A stretch of DNA of 63,602 nt, filler included, from Craspedostauros australis (lineage: Eukaryota): the NCBI GenBank assembly GCA_030167865.1. It is 10 parts of 10 records of this genome, joined end to end, with 100 filler letters (N's around TTAATTAATTAA, not from the genome) between each part and the next. Parts side by side here need not be neighbours in the genome. Positions count along the whole stretch, not along the records: positions 15,689 to 25,841 come from JALAGF010005711.1; positions 25,942 to 34,069 come from JALAGF010005712.1; positions 34,170 to 40,857 come from JALAGF010005713.1; 7 more parts are not named here. One strand, written 5' to 3'. The notes beneath the pieces are model-generated. The model saw nothing but the letters and a program-made list of their open reading frames with translations. It was not told the origin of the DNA and made no database searches. This document shows positions 24,735 through 36,964 of the stretch, one piece after another. Position numbers and translations under genes: made by a program. How positions within the stretch are numbered: position 1 is the first letter of the stretch; every line of letters begins with the position of its first letter.

Positions 24735-25489
24735 GATGGAAGGAGATGGTATGTTGCTGATTTGGCAACAAGACGCACAGTGGGGTGGGGTTGGGATGGA
24801 TTGGCTGTTGTAGCTGTGTGTTGCTGTCACAAAGGGACGGAGGTATAGTGGAGGTGGAGTGATGCGAATGATGCGGATGATGCGGAGGAAGAAGGAAATA
24901 TGTGCTGTGTTGTGCTGTGAATTGGTGTGATGCGATGTGATTTCGTGCCATGTGTCTCGCGGTGATTCTCCTTGATGTCGTTGTTCCACATGGCACGCAG
25001 ACGAGGCATCCCAGCCACACAAATAGAGCCATGGAGACGACAAGAACGATTGAAACAGAGTGCTAAATCAAGCAACATGATTGGCTGTTTTTTGTTTACG
25101 CGTGGAAGTGCTATTTTTTGCCGGGACTGTACGAGCTGAGAACATTTCAGTTTGGAGCGCCCGAACTGAATGATATAGAACGAGTTTTGGGATCATACGG
25201 GTCGTACCGTCTGTCAGTCGACCGTTGCGGTCATCTGATCTTGTGCAATGACTCCTACGCGCCAACGGTGTAGCAGTTTCGTACGTGAGCATGTGTCAGC
25301 AACAGAATCCTGTCAGAGCAGGAGAGAACACACAGTTTCGAGGACCACAGCTCGAAACAGCAACAACAACAACAACAACAGCCTATAACGATAGATAGGA
25401 TCGTCTTCTGTGTGTCTTGAGGTCTCTCCTTTGCAGGACCTACCAGCTTGCAAGCATCAGAATTCATTCTATATCCATAATGAGGGTTT

Positions 25490-25595
25490 TCATGTCTGTG
25501 GAGACAAACTCTACGTAACTTGTCTCCACAGGCAAATTGAAGTCTCAATTTGCCTCCACAGACAAATCGACCCCCATTTGCCTGTGGAGACAAAC
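25490..25595. repeat. Array of four palindromic motifs TTGYCT(GTGG/CCAC)AGRCAA in both orientations
   Basis: TGTCTGTGGAGACAA, TTGTCTCCACAGGCAA, TTGCCTCCACAGACAA, TTGCCTGTGGAGACAA. Confidence 0.7.
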
Positions 25596-25941
25596 GGAAG
25601 GTCGCCGAAAATGGCAACGTACTACTTAAGTCCCACATTCCTCCACGATGTCCCGTGTTGCAGAAAAAAAAAACGATTTCGCTCCGAAACCCGAAAGTGG
25701 TTTTTTTTTCTGACTCCTTCGAGTAACGCGTTTATTTGGCGATTTTATAAAAAAAAACCACGATACAGCACGGCGTCATTGGTCATGTCTCAGGGGTTCC
25801 TTTCCGTGCGCCTGTCTTGCTTTCTCGACGTCATGGGATCTNNNNNNNNNNNNNNNNNNNNNNNNNNNNNNNNNNNNNNNNNNNNTTAATTAATTAANNN
25901 NNNNNNNNNNNNNNNNNNNNNNNNNNNNNNNNNNNNNNNNN

Positions 25942-26022
25942 CCAAAGGTGTGACAAATAATGTTGGGAGTTGCGGCAATCATGGGTATCTTTCCGACAGA
26001 GTCGTACCCTCGATTCCTGACA
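25942..26022 (+). mobile_element. Family A terminus inserted into a DUF6824 gene
   Basis: Reverse complement identical to 5520-5600. Cuts the ORF at ...FHKHPG. Confidence 0.88.
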
Positions 26023-28124
26023 CCCGGATGCTTGTGAAAGGTTCTGCTCCTGCCGAACAAAATGTCCGTCTCTCGCTCCGTGATCTTCTCCGGGGTGTCT
26101 TCGGGTGGCGCGACAGCGGGAGGTTCTGGTGCGGTCGGAGCCGCCGTCTTTGGCTGGTTGGCTGCCGCTGCTGGCGTCGGTGCTTGCGATTGGCCCGGTG
26201 CAGTGGACGCCGGCTGAAGTGCGTGGGTGGTTGAAGAATCGTTCGGCGTTCCGACCATACCAACCATCGGTAACTGTTGCTTCGGCAACTGAGTCGTGAG
26301 AGCAACATTCGTATATGCATTTGGAGCTGGCATCATTCCTTGTGGAGGCATGGTGGGAGTATGCATCGTGCTCGCGTTTGCCATGTTTGCGTTCGGCATG
26401 GCTCCTTGCGCCATCGTTTGGTTGAATCCCAACCGCACTCCCCTTTCCATAGCCATCGCCAAGGCCAGCTGCCTCCCTATTCGCATGCCCATCTGCTTGG
26501 CGACCATTGTCGGCGTTTGCACCTGTGCAGACGTCATAGGCACTTGCATGTTCTGCGTGAAATTTGGCGTGAGATTCCGTGGGAGCTGCATGTTTGGTGT
26601 GCCTTGGTTGAATGTTGTCGCTCCACCAACACCTCCTGTCATGAGGTTGGGAACGGTCCCAGCATTTGCTGGCATCATGACGGTATTGGGAGCAACGGCT
26701 GCGGTCAGTTTCGGTTGCGCGGCCGAAGCTGCATTTAGATTGGTTGGCACCGTCATTCCACCGACCACATTCCCTCCCGCGATACTAGTCTGGAACGGGA
26801 CGGCACCAGTGCCCTGAAAGCCAATGTTGTGAGGCATGGTGAAATTGGGGAGGCCACTGGCTGGACCTGCCAGGAGCTGCTGCGGCTGACCAAACGCTTG
26901 TAGGTTGGGTCTCGCCTGTTGCGCTTGCAGGTTCTGTGGCAACTGCGGGGCGTTCGGGATGATGCCTGTTGGCATTCCAGTCTGACCCATCTGCACGCCT
27001 CTTCCTTGGATTGACGCTTGTTGGTAGGCGGCAAAGGTTGGAGCTCGCGGATGAGCCGGATATTGGGGGAAATTGGGAGAAGGCACAGCTCCGTATGGCG
27101 TTGGAGTCTGTGCTTGTGGGGCAATGGCACCGGCAGCAGAAGTAGTGAGCTGCGACGAAGTCGGGCCCGGGGTGACTTGGACAACTTGCACTTCGTCATC
27201 GTCAACGGCTGCTGCTTGCATCGCTGATGATGTTACTACTGGAGGAGCCGGAACTGTTGCGGGTGCGCTTGCCGGTGTCGCTCTTCGTTTGGCGGCTGGT
27301 TTGGCATCTTGGTCGCTGCCCGCACTGGTTTGGTGGCTGTTCGTGGTGGCAAGGCGCCCTTCGTCGCCTTCGTCCTCATCTTCATCTTCGTTGGCAACGG
27401 GCATGGCGGCAGTCTCAGGATTGTCTGCATTGTGTGGTGAACCAGATGGTCGTAACATGCTTCTCGCTCTCTTGGAAGCAACGCTGGTCGAAACAACATC
27501 GTTCTTGCCCTTGTTCTTGTTGGCTTTGATGATGATGCCATCCACCAGCTTGCCAACTTTGTTCTCGACTGTGTCCCAGTCGGCAAGCCGCCAGATCTCA
27601 CACTTTTCCACCTGTTGGACGAATCGGATGCCGTTCTCTCTCACCTGCATGGCCACCTTCATGCCAATATCACCCTTCTGCTTGTTGTTTCGCTTCGCGC
27701 CCAATTTTGCTACGCGCTCACTCACAAGCCTGCCGAATTTGAGGTTTCCGTGATGCTTCTGATGGTTCTGTCCCTTTCCAACAATGACGTCGGTCTGTCT
27801 CAGCAGCTCGATGCGGCGAGTGTACTCCATCGGATGCCCCTCAACCAGCTTGCGGCGCTCCAGGAACTTCTCGAATTCCCCGCGATTGAGCTGCATGGGA
27901 AGGTGCTCCTTCTTGCTTTGGCCTCTCTGCTTGAATGATCCGGCGTAGTCCTCGTCGAGGGGAAGGACGTGCACGGGGATGCCAAACGTCTTCAAGTGAC
28001 CGACGCATATGGCATGGTTTCCTGCGATGTGATGTCGATTTGAAAGCAAACAGCAGGGACAGCACGAACAAAGAACGATCAGTGAGTGAAGGTGTGCTTG
28101 AAATGAGCGGAAAGGTGAGAACAT
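26023..28124 (-). CDS. Diatom-type DUF6824-like domain protein with Q/P/M-rich low-complexity region, disrupted at the 3' end
   Basis: TDVIVGKG...HHGN.KF..LV...K..I...V...G.RF...W...KV domain, plus a second DILFGR...HPG start. True start and upstream exons are uncertain. Confidence 0.65.
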
Positions 28125-28374
28125 GGTTGCGCTTCAATCGAACGGATGCGTGTTCGAACTGTACGTGAATGGTTGAACGCTAAAACAGACATACATGAAT
28201 ACATGCATGCATGGGTAGATTGACTTACCACAGATTGTTTGGATCCGGCAACGAGTGATCGGACTCAATCCCCACGCCATCAGGTTGGCCAATGGTTTCA
28301 TTTGGAGCCCCTGGTAGCAGCAGTGGAAGCCCGTAATTCGGATGGGCATGGCGTTGAGAGCCTTGCACGTAGCC

Positions 28375-29141
28375 TGTTAGGAATTGAGGGTACGACTTTG
28401 TCGGAATACCCGTAATTGCCGCACCTCCCAACATTATTCGTCACAGCTTTGAATATTATTCGTCACATGTTCGGAGACTATTTGTCACACCTTTGTATAC
28501 CATGCCATTATGACTATGACTAAGGATACGGACGTGATTGATACCTGTACTACCGCGAGGAGGGTAGTCTGTCCTCTGGTAATGTAAGAACGACACCTAT
28601 GGCGGATCAGGAGGTCCCAATACCAAACCAACCATGGCAACCATGCAGACGACGACGTCGATCAGAACAGCAGGCCGATGGGCAAGTGACGCACCCCCTT
28701 CAGAGGACAGCACGCGCCCCTCCTGCAGACAAGAACATCCGCAGGTTTGGAACATCAGAAAGGAGCAGAACATCCGCAGGTTTGGAACATCACCAAGGCT
28801 GACATCGATCGTGGAACGATGGCGTCATGAGATCAACAACGAAAGCATATGATAGGCAAGCGCTCAGGACTGCAGATTCCTACCATGCAAGCGTAGACGG
28901 CTACGACGATGCAAAGGCAAGCAACAACGATGCCAAGACAAGGAAGCAAGAACAGAGCATGATGAATGGGGAAAGAAGCACCTAAGAACAACAGGACGCC
29001 CCGTGTCGCCACCGCGACAGATGCCTACCATGAAAAATGAAATCGGAAGAGAAAGTGAGATTGTGCTCACAGTTCTAAAACGGTACAGTTTCTAACAGCG
29101 GATTAGATTACAGTACTAACTTTAACCCCGGATTTCCAACA
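28375..29141 (-). mobile_element. Family A element (767 bp), flanks not duplicated
   Basis: TGTTAGGAATTGAGGGTACGAC...CCCCGGATTTCCAACA. Flanks are GTAGCC and CGTTTC. Confidence 0.85.
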
Positions 29142-29221
29142 CGTTTCGAAACGTTACGATTGAAATCCTACATTTCTACCATCATCAGCACAGCAACAAA
29201 CATCCTATCACCATCATCACC

Positions 29222-32200
29222 ATGACATCCTTCCTAGGTAAGACTGATCGTTACATGATCATGTTCGACGGCAAGCGGTCCAGCTGGAAAGCTTGGAGTG
29301 CGAAGTTCCTGGCCCGTGCCAATCGCAAGGGCTACGGGGACTTGTATCTCAAGGACATGAGTGATGTGATGGTGAAGGAGGAACCGTTTGACCTCTCCCC
29401 CTCTGCCCTCCTCATGGAAGGCAAGAAGAAGGAGGCCGAAGCCAAGAAGCCGAGTGACATGACTCCTGAAGAGGAGGCTGAGTACAAGAAGGCATTGGCG
29501 AAGTACGCGTTTGAAGAACTGACCATGGCTATTAGCCATGAGACCACCGAAGGCAATGTTGCCTTCATGGCTGTGTTGGGATGCAAGAGCAGTGCTTACG
29601 AGGGAGGAGACCCACGTAAGGCATGGAAGGCTCTTGAGCGTATCTACGAGCAGCGCACTGCGCCTATGAAGGCAAAGTTGTTGGCGCAGCTCAACGGGAT
29701 GCGCATGAAGAAGGGAGAACACCCGGACACGTTCCTCACCGAGATGGAAGTACTCCGCGGACGTGTCTCCCACGCCGGCGTCGACTTGAACATGACGCAG
29801 TACCACATGCTCGTGCTTAACGCCCTTGCAAGGGACTACGAGATGGATGTGAAGCTCATCGAGCTCAAGTTCACCGGCATTGAAGACACGATGTCAATCG
29901 AAGACATCCGTGAAGCAGTGAGTGCCACCTACGATGCACGTCACATCAAGCAAGGAAGTAACCGCCGCGAGAGCGACACCAAAGAGGAAATGGCTCTCGC
30001 TGCCACCGGCGGTTTCAAGGGGTACTGCCGCAACTGCGGTGCCTACGGGCACAAGAAGGCGGACTGTCGCTCTCCCCCTAAGAACAAAAACAACAAGGCC
30101 TTGAAGAAGAAGAACAAGAGAGGAGACACCCCCGCCAAGAACAAGTTCAACGGAAACTGCAAGTACTGCGGTAAGAAGGGCACAATATCCTCGACTGCTT
30201 CAAGTTGAAAGCAGCGATGCGAGAAGCCGAGGCCACAAACGTAGCGACCGACGGCATGGAGGAGGAGACAGACGTCGCCCTCGTGATGGTCGAAGAACAC
30301 ATGTGGCGGACTACCGAAGACGATGTGGCAGGCTACGACTCCTTCGTTGAAGTTGACGAGGAGATGTGGTTGCCCTCCAACGAGAAGGCCAACGACGTTG
30401 CCCTAGCCATGATCGAGGAGCCCATCTGGTTACCCGAAGACGACAAGTCCATGGATAGCACGGAGATGATGTGCTTCCTCACCAACGAGTTCGAAATTGA
30501 TTCGACAGAGGTCAAAAATGTGACCAACCCAAGACTCGTGACCACCCAAGAAATCGCGAACATCAAGAAAAACATGAGCAACGACTACGCCATGATGCCT
30601 CCCGAGGGATCAACCACCGAAGACCTCGCCCTCACGTCCACCGACGAAGAGATGACCGACCAAGGAGGCGAAGCGCCAAACCAAGGTGCTGAATGGACGG
30701 CGGAAGAGTGGGCGGCCCATCACCCAGGGGTGTACGGTCACTACGGACCACCACCGGTCGCAGCCGAGCGCATCAACCGCGAACTCTTCCCGTCCGACGA
30801 CGAGACCACTGACGATGACGGGTTCTTCGAGGACGTCATCTGTTGGAAATCCGGGGTACCCCAGTCTCTAGTAGTAGTCTCTGGTTACCTATTCATGTTA
30901 TTGCATTGTTGGAACTGTGAGTACAANNNNNTCATCACTTTCAATTCCATTTGCCAAAGCATACATAATCCACAGTAGCACACAGTCTTGCCCTTGCTCA
31001 TGCAGTGCTGTCCTCCTGTTTCATCATGTCATGCAGCATGTACTCCATGTACATCTCATCTTGCAGTATTGGTGCATCTCATCATACATCTCAGATATTC
31101 CATCTCCTGCCCTCTACCGATAGTTTCGTTAGCATAGACATCACCGAGTCGTAGGCATCACACAGATCAGTTCATTCGATCAGATCACGATTGCCCATTC
31201 GTCGCGGGAACACCTTGGTTGGGAGCTCATTCAGCTCCTCGACCATCAAACATCTCCGATCATCTCCGATCTTCTCCGATGCTTCTCATGTCGTTTCTGC
31301 TGGTTTCTTCGCCGATCACTTCACCGGCTTCTTGGATGTTCCTCATCTCAGGTTCGTTCACAGGCTATCTCACACTTCGTGACATTGGCCTTCCTCCAGT
31401 ACTCTTTTCTCATTGGTGGCGACATGGGGGCCGTAGTCGATCGTATCGTGATGTTGGTCACGATTCCAACATCCCTGCCCCCTGCGACATACACGTGTGA
31501 TTGGTATTCCTGCATTGAGGTCACGGACACCATAGTCCGGTTCGCATTCGGCACGTGGCGTTCTCCACCACAAGACACGTGCAGCTCACATTTTCTGTCA
31601 CAAAGATCCACAGGTGGGAGTTGCGGTAATGTATCATTTCATGACATTCGACTCCTGACTCTTGACTCATTGGAAGGTGCGGTAATGCATCATTCCACGA
31701 TGCTCAACTCCGCACTCTTGGGAGGTGCGGCAATTAGGTGTTTCACAACACCCGATTCCTGACAGTCATCTACGACGAAGATCTCGTCAGCACCGAAGAG
31801 GAGACCACCGACGAAGTAGCAATGGTGATCGGAGCGGAAGACATCTGCAGAGAGCCAGTCTTCTCGCTCTCCACCAACAAGTCTCCCATTGAGGAGTCGA
31901 TCGAAGCAGCAGGACGCGCCCTGTACCAAGGATGGGCGTTGTGCCCACTATGCTTCAAGCAAGGGCACCTATACTCCTACTGCATCGATTGCCCTGCCAA
32001 GCCATTCCTCATCGACCTACCAGAAGGAGTAGACGTGGCAAAGCCAACAACCCACAAGGAACGCGATCGTCGCCGCGTGATGCTTGCCAAGGAGGAGTCA
32101 CTCGCACTCGCAGTGCGATACTCGTTGAGCAACGCCATGCCAGCAGACAGCGTGCGCTCCGAGCTTGCCCTGCTGTGCCTCAACACAGTGGAGGAGTACA

Positions 32201-33375
32201 GCTCAAGGGACAGACACACATGCATGGAGGCTTGCACCCTCTACTTCCTTCTGCGCGAGATCAGCATGATGACACCATTCAACATGATGAAGCACATGCC
32301 GTTCATCAACGAAAGGCTGGAGAGAGAGCAGTTGCCAGCCATCCACCATGGACTCATCGGAAGCCTGGCCTCGCATGGTGTACTCCAAGTCATGTGGAAG
32401 TACCACCCCGGCCAGCATGGAGTCCGCAACCATGAGGAGTCCCCTGAACTCCCCCTCTACAGCGAGAGAAACCCGCAACCAGACATGGCGATGGTGATCG
32501 GCGACATCGACGGTGTCGAAGAACGCCGCATCACGCTCGCCCCAGACCGCCATGAGGCAAACACTTGGTTGGGCGACTCAGGTGCCTCGTGCCACCTGAC
32601 CAACAACAATGAGGGGATGACCAACGTGCGCGTGGCCGACCACTCCATCAAGATCAGCAGCGGTCGCTACATCAAGGCAACAAAGGTAGGCGACAAGCGC
32701 ATGGTGGTGATGCAAAAGAACGGGACCACAGCAACCATCTTGCTCAAGCACGTGAAGTTCGTGCCCAATTTGTGGGTGAACCTTCTCAGCATCAACAAAG
32801 CGCTTGAGAGTGGCTTCGACATCAGCAACCGCGGTGTTGTGATGAGCCTGGAGAAGCACGGACAACGTATTACGTTTGACCGGCTTATGGCTACCCACAG
32901 CGGCTACGTAAGCGGTGTTAACATGATCACTGTCCCTCACCCCCACGATCAAGCCAATGTTGGCGTGTCCACCCAGACCGCAGTGGACATCAACCAAATC
33001 CATAAAATATTAGGCCATGTTGACACTTACACGATCTCTCGCACAGCGGGACGATACGGTTGGAACGTCACAGACAAATTGCATGCATGTGTGGACTGTG
33101 CCATTGGCAAACAAAGGCAGAAGGCCATGATGAAGAAACTCCAATCACGAGCGAAGGGGGTTGGTGATCGACTGTTCATTGACACATCAAGTGTCCAGAC
33201 ACACAGCTACGGACAAGGAAAGTATTGGCTCCTAGTCCTCGATGATTACAGTGACTACTGCTGGAGCTATTTCCTGAAGGAGAAGAGTGAGGTTGGAACA
33301 AAAATGATTCTGTTGCTTAAGTGGCTCCACGCCAATCAGCAAACACGAGTGAAAATTATCAGATGTGACAACGCA
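29222..33375 (+). pseudogene. gag-pol: Ty1/copia gag-pol (gag, 2 CCHC knuckles, accessory region, protease, GAG-pre, integrase N-half), disrupted
   Basis: FDGK...W..W..KF, CRNCGAYGHKKADC, WLGDSGASCH, NLLS, H..LGH..CVDC, D.S, LDDYS, IRCDNA. Frameshift at about 30180, family A insertion at 30841-31764, truncated at 33375. Confidence 0.92.
30841..31764 (+). mobile_element. Family A element, complete (about 924 bp), 6-bp TSD GTCATC
   Basis: GTCATC at 30835-30840 and 31765-31770. Removing it restores ...FFEDVIYDED... in the Copia ORF. Confidence 0.93.
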
Positions 33376-33731
33376 GTGCCCTAGACGGCTGGCTAGATAA
33401 ACTATTGGTGACACAAGACCTAGACTTGTGCACAATAGATACTAGTCATGAATAAGTCNNNNNNNNNNNNNNNNNNNNNNNNNNNNNNNNNNNNNNNNNN
33501 NNNNNNNNCTCCTAGTACAGAAAGGGATAGTAACTGAACGCATCAACCTGCGTCGGATCATCCCATTCTTCGAGTAGTGACCATCGGGAAGCAAGTGCCC
33601 TAGACGGCTGGCTAGATAAACTATTGGTGACACAAGACCTAGACTTGTGCACAATAGATACTAGTCATGAATAAGTCACCCAAGCAATCACATTGTTAGT
33701 CTCACCTACGAGTCGTGTTAACAATCCATCC

Positions 33732-33806
33732 AGTCGGATCAGTCAAGATTCGAACTGAAGTCGGATTAGTCAAGACTCAAACTGAAGTCAGATGAGTCAA
33801 GATTCA
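33732..33806. repeat. 27-bp tandem repeat x2.8
   Basis: AGTCGGATYAGTCAAGAYTCRAACTGA units. Confidence 0.75.
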
Positions 33807-34169
33807 ATCGTAAAGAAATATTTGCATATGAGAAGACACTTCTTCAACCAACCATTGACCTCCATTCAAAACAAGAAGGCTAATAGAATGCATGAATACG
33901 ATTGACCAAGAGGTGCAAGCCGAATCATCTCGGGATGCATGAATCTGATCGACCAAGAGGTGCAGACAGCAGAAGAGAGAGAGAGAGCTCAAGTAATCAT
34001 AATTTTTGGAATTACATCATCAACAACAACCTCAATCGTATCAAGTACAAAATCAATCGTAGAAAAAAANNNNNNNNNNNNNNNNNNNNNNNNNNNNNNN
34101 NNNNNNNNNNNNNTTAATTAATTAANNNNNNNNNNNNNNNNNNNNNNNNNNNNNNNNNNNNNNNNNNNN

Positions 34170-35267
34170 GAGCAGACCAACTACGACACGATCATCTCCG
34201 TGTACGACGGCGCATGCAGAGTGCTGTCCTGCATCGCGTCTGGTGATGACAACGGCATGTGCGAGTTTTCCACCACCACCAGCCAGGCGGAGTGGAGAAC
34301 GACCAAAGGCACCATGTACCACATCCGCGTGAGTGGATTCCAGGAGCTGCGTGGCACGTTCGGCGTGTTTGCCACAACCGGCGATGCGGCGCCGGACAAT
34401 GACAAATGCGAAGACGCCATCAACCTTCGCACGGACGGCTCCGTCATGTTTGGTTCCACCATCGCAGGCGACTTTGAAGGGGCGAGGGATTGCATCGGAG
34501 GTGTGCACTCTTCGTTGGATGTTTGGTACCGCGTCGTCGGATCCGGCGACAGGATGACCGTCTCGACATGCTCTGCGGCCGCCTATTTCGACACTGTGCT
34601 GTCCGTGTATATTTCACGAAGCAAGAGTTGCAACGACCTGCAGTGCGTCGCAGGTGACGATGACGATGGTGCGTGCAGCAACACGGCCGCAAGTGCGCTG
34701 ACTTGGGACACTGAACGGGATGTGACGTACTTCGTCCGTGTCAGTGGTTTCGGCGATGACACGGGCAACTTCGGCATCCGCGTTGCGAAGACTGGCAGCC
34801 CAACCGTGACATCGAGACCCACTCGACCACCGAACCTCTCGCCGTCCGGCATGATCCCAACTGGCAACAAGTCTCTCAAGACCAGCAAGAGTGGCCCGAG
34901 CACGAGCAAAGGATCGAACAGTGACAAGAGTGACAAGAGCGACAAGAGCTCAAAAGGTAGCGGCAGCAGCCCCAGTAGTCCGAGCGGTCCGAGTACCAGC
35001 AGCGACGAGAGGGGAGCTGGAAACGGTCCAAGGGAGACCCCGAGCGATACTGCAAATACTGCTGCCGACAGCGTCCAGTCTGGGGTTGAGGAGGAAAAAC
35101 CAGTGCTGGACGGATACCACACAAAGACCAAGTGGGCTGGCCAACGTTTCGGTGGCGCTCAGCGATCTGATGAGCTTGAACAACAATTCCACACACATAA
35201 TTGTGGCATACACATATGCTTACTCGCACGGATGATGTGCTTGCTATTCTCCGCTGGTCGAATGTAA
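34170..35267 (+). CDS. Repeat-domain (PPC-like beta-sandwich) secreted/cell-wall protein, 3' part, with Ser/Lys-rich tail
   Basis: Two tandem ND.C..A...C...VWY.V.G.G...STC...DT.LSVY...C..L.C...DD modules, followed by KTSKSG..SKGS.SDKSDKSDKSSKGS. 5' end lost at the linker; 3' exon structure uncertain. Confidence 0.65.
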   Translation, partial: EQTNYDTIISVYDGACRVLSCIASGDDNGMCEFSTTTSQAEWRTTKGTMYHIRVSGFQELRGTFGVFATTGDAAPDNDKCEDAINLRTDGSVMFGSTIAGDFEGARDCIGGVHSSLDVWYRVVGSGDRMTVSTCSAAAYFDTVLSVYISRSKSCNDLQCVAGDDDDGACSNTAASALTWDTERDVTYFVRVSGFGDDTGNFGIRVAKTGSPTVTSRPTRPPNLSPSGMIPTGNKSLKTSKSGPSTSKGSNSDKSDKSDKSSKGSGSSPSSPSGPSTSSDERGAGNGPRETPSDTANTAADSVQSGVEEEKPVLDGYHTKTKWAGQRFGGAQRSDELEQQFHTHNCGIHICLLARMMCLLFSAGRM

Positions 35268-35637
35268 ATAGAGCGATAGCACTGGTATTCAAGCACATGG
35301 TGCTTCAGCTGTCGACAGGTGGTGTGGAGATGTTGGTGCACCGGTTCTCTACAATATTGAAAGTATTATTGTACCATGCAAGTACGGAATGTGGCGTATG
35401 ACGTCTTTGGTGTATTATTCCGCAGAAAGAGCATCGCCCATAGTCGGGAAGTGCACAATGGCAGGTCAGAACCGAATGCATAATGACGGCATTGCTGTGG
35501 AGTATGATCCTGCCCGAAGGCAGTTGTTCCGCCTGCAAACAACGATCGCGGCATTTTCGTAGTTGGCAGCTGATGAAAATGGCATCCCTCGTGCGGAGTA
35601 CAGTTGCTCAAGCTCGTGTCAACTTGATCGCGGCCAA

Positions 35638-36964
35638 CTAATTGGTGCCTTGCCCCTTCATCCGCGCATGTGTTGTGTGGATCGGCCCGGTCGACATGCC
35701 TATCCTCGATGTGCCCAGCACTTGGTAATCCGATGCCGGTTTGGTGGCGTTCTGCTCAAAGTACTCGACCAAGGTGCGCTTCCCGCGGTTTATGGTACCC
35801 CCCAACAGCCGTTTTTTACTCCTGTCCACACCGTATCGCCTCCCGTGCTTCCTGATGTGATGTGTCACTGTCCAGTCAGCTAGTTTCGTCGTGCGATTGT
35901 TACCATACACATACGTGATCCAGTCATCGATATACCAATTGTCAAATTCGATCGGATAGTAATAACCGAAGATGTCCAGATGGCTTCGATGGACCGTGTG
36001 TCAAAATAGTCACCGTCCCTCCCTTGCAGGTGGGACCGACCACACCGATGTTCGGGGGACTGTAGCTCATGAGTCTATCGACACCCTTCGTAGCCCAGTT
36101 CTGAGTTGTGAATTCGGAATCATCGTTGACACGCACGATGTAGACGGCGCCATGCTCGTACGCGGCTCTGCACATTTCGTTCAGTGGGATGCGATGTTCT
36201 TTGGTTTTGGTGATGCTGATGAAGTTGAGTGTGAACGGCGTCGAATCATCGATCTGCCGACGATGCTGATCGTCTTCCCAGAAAGTATCGTTCACATCGA
36301 ATGCGATGAGGAGCTCGAAGTTAAAGTTGGCTCGGTCTTGTTGCGTGACAGTTTTCTCCAAGGATGGGAGGAGGAGCTTGTGCAACGTGGTTTCGTTGAC
36401 ACTCTGCCAGTTTGATAAGGATCTGGTGCACGACGTGACCATTACCAGCGGTTTGCCACTGGTGGATGCATTCGCACGAAGAGCCACCTTGGTTGTGCTT
36501 TCCACCTTTGGTGGTGCCTCTATTTGATGAGCAGCAGGGTTTGAATGCTCGGCAGCATTCCTATTGGCATTCCCAATTTCAACAGCACTCTGCGTGTTAT
36601 CATCTCCGCTTTGCTGCTGGTTCTGCTGTTCCTGCTCCTGCTGTTCCTCGGAGCCTGTGCCCTCCGAAGGGATGATCCCATCATGCGTGTGATTCAAATC
36701 GCTCAAGATGGAGGCGATGGGCATCACATCCAAGACGGGCCACGATTGCTGGCTGGTGGACCAGATGGAGATCATGGAGAAAACCCCAACCATCATGGCC
36801 ATGTACAGCGCACGGTTATTCTTGGTTGATCGGCGATTTCCTCGCCGGGACTTCTGGTCCTTTTTCTTCCGCCTGGTGGAGGCAGTCTGCGATGTCTTCT
36901 TCCCTTTGGTCTTCGCGGAGGCAGATGCTGAACCATAGTTCGGACTGTTGCTCTTACCACCCAT
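35638..36964 (-). CDS. Type II membrane glycosyltransferase (GT-A-like), frameshifted near 35995
   Basis: Basic N-terminus, TM helix and stem; LLPSL..T, AFDVND.F, YIVRVNDD, GVVGP, ILTH. After the shift: VHRSHLDIFGYYYP..FDNWYIDDWIT.VY. Confidence 0.7.
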
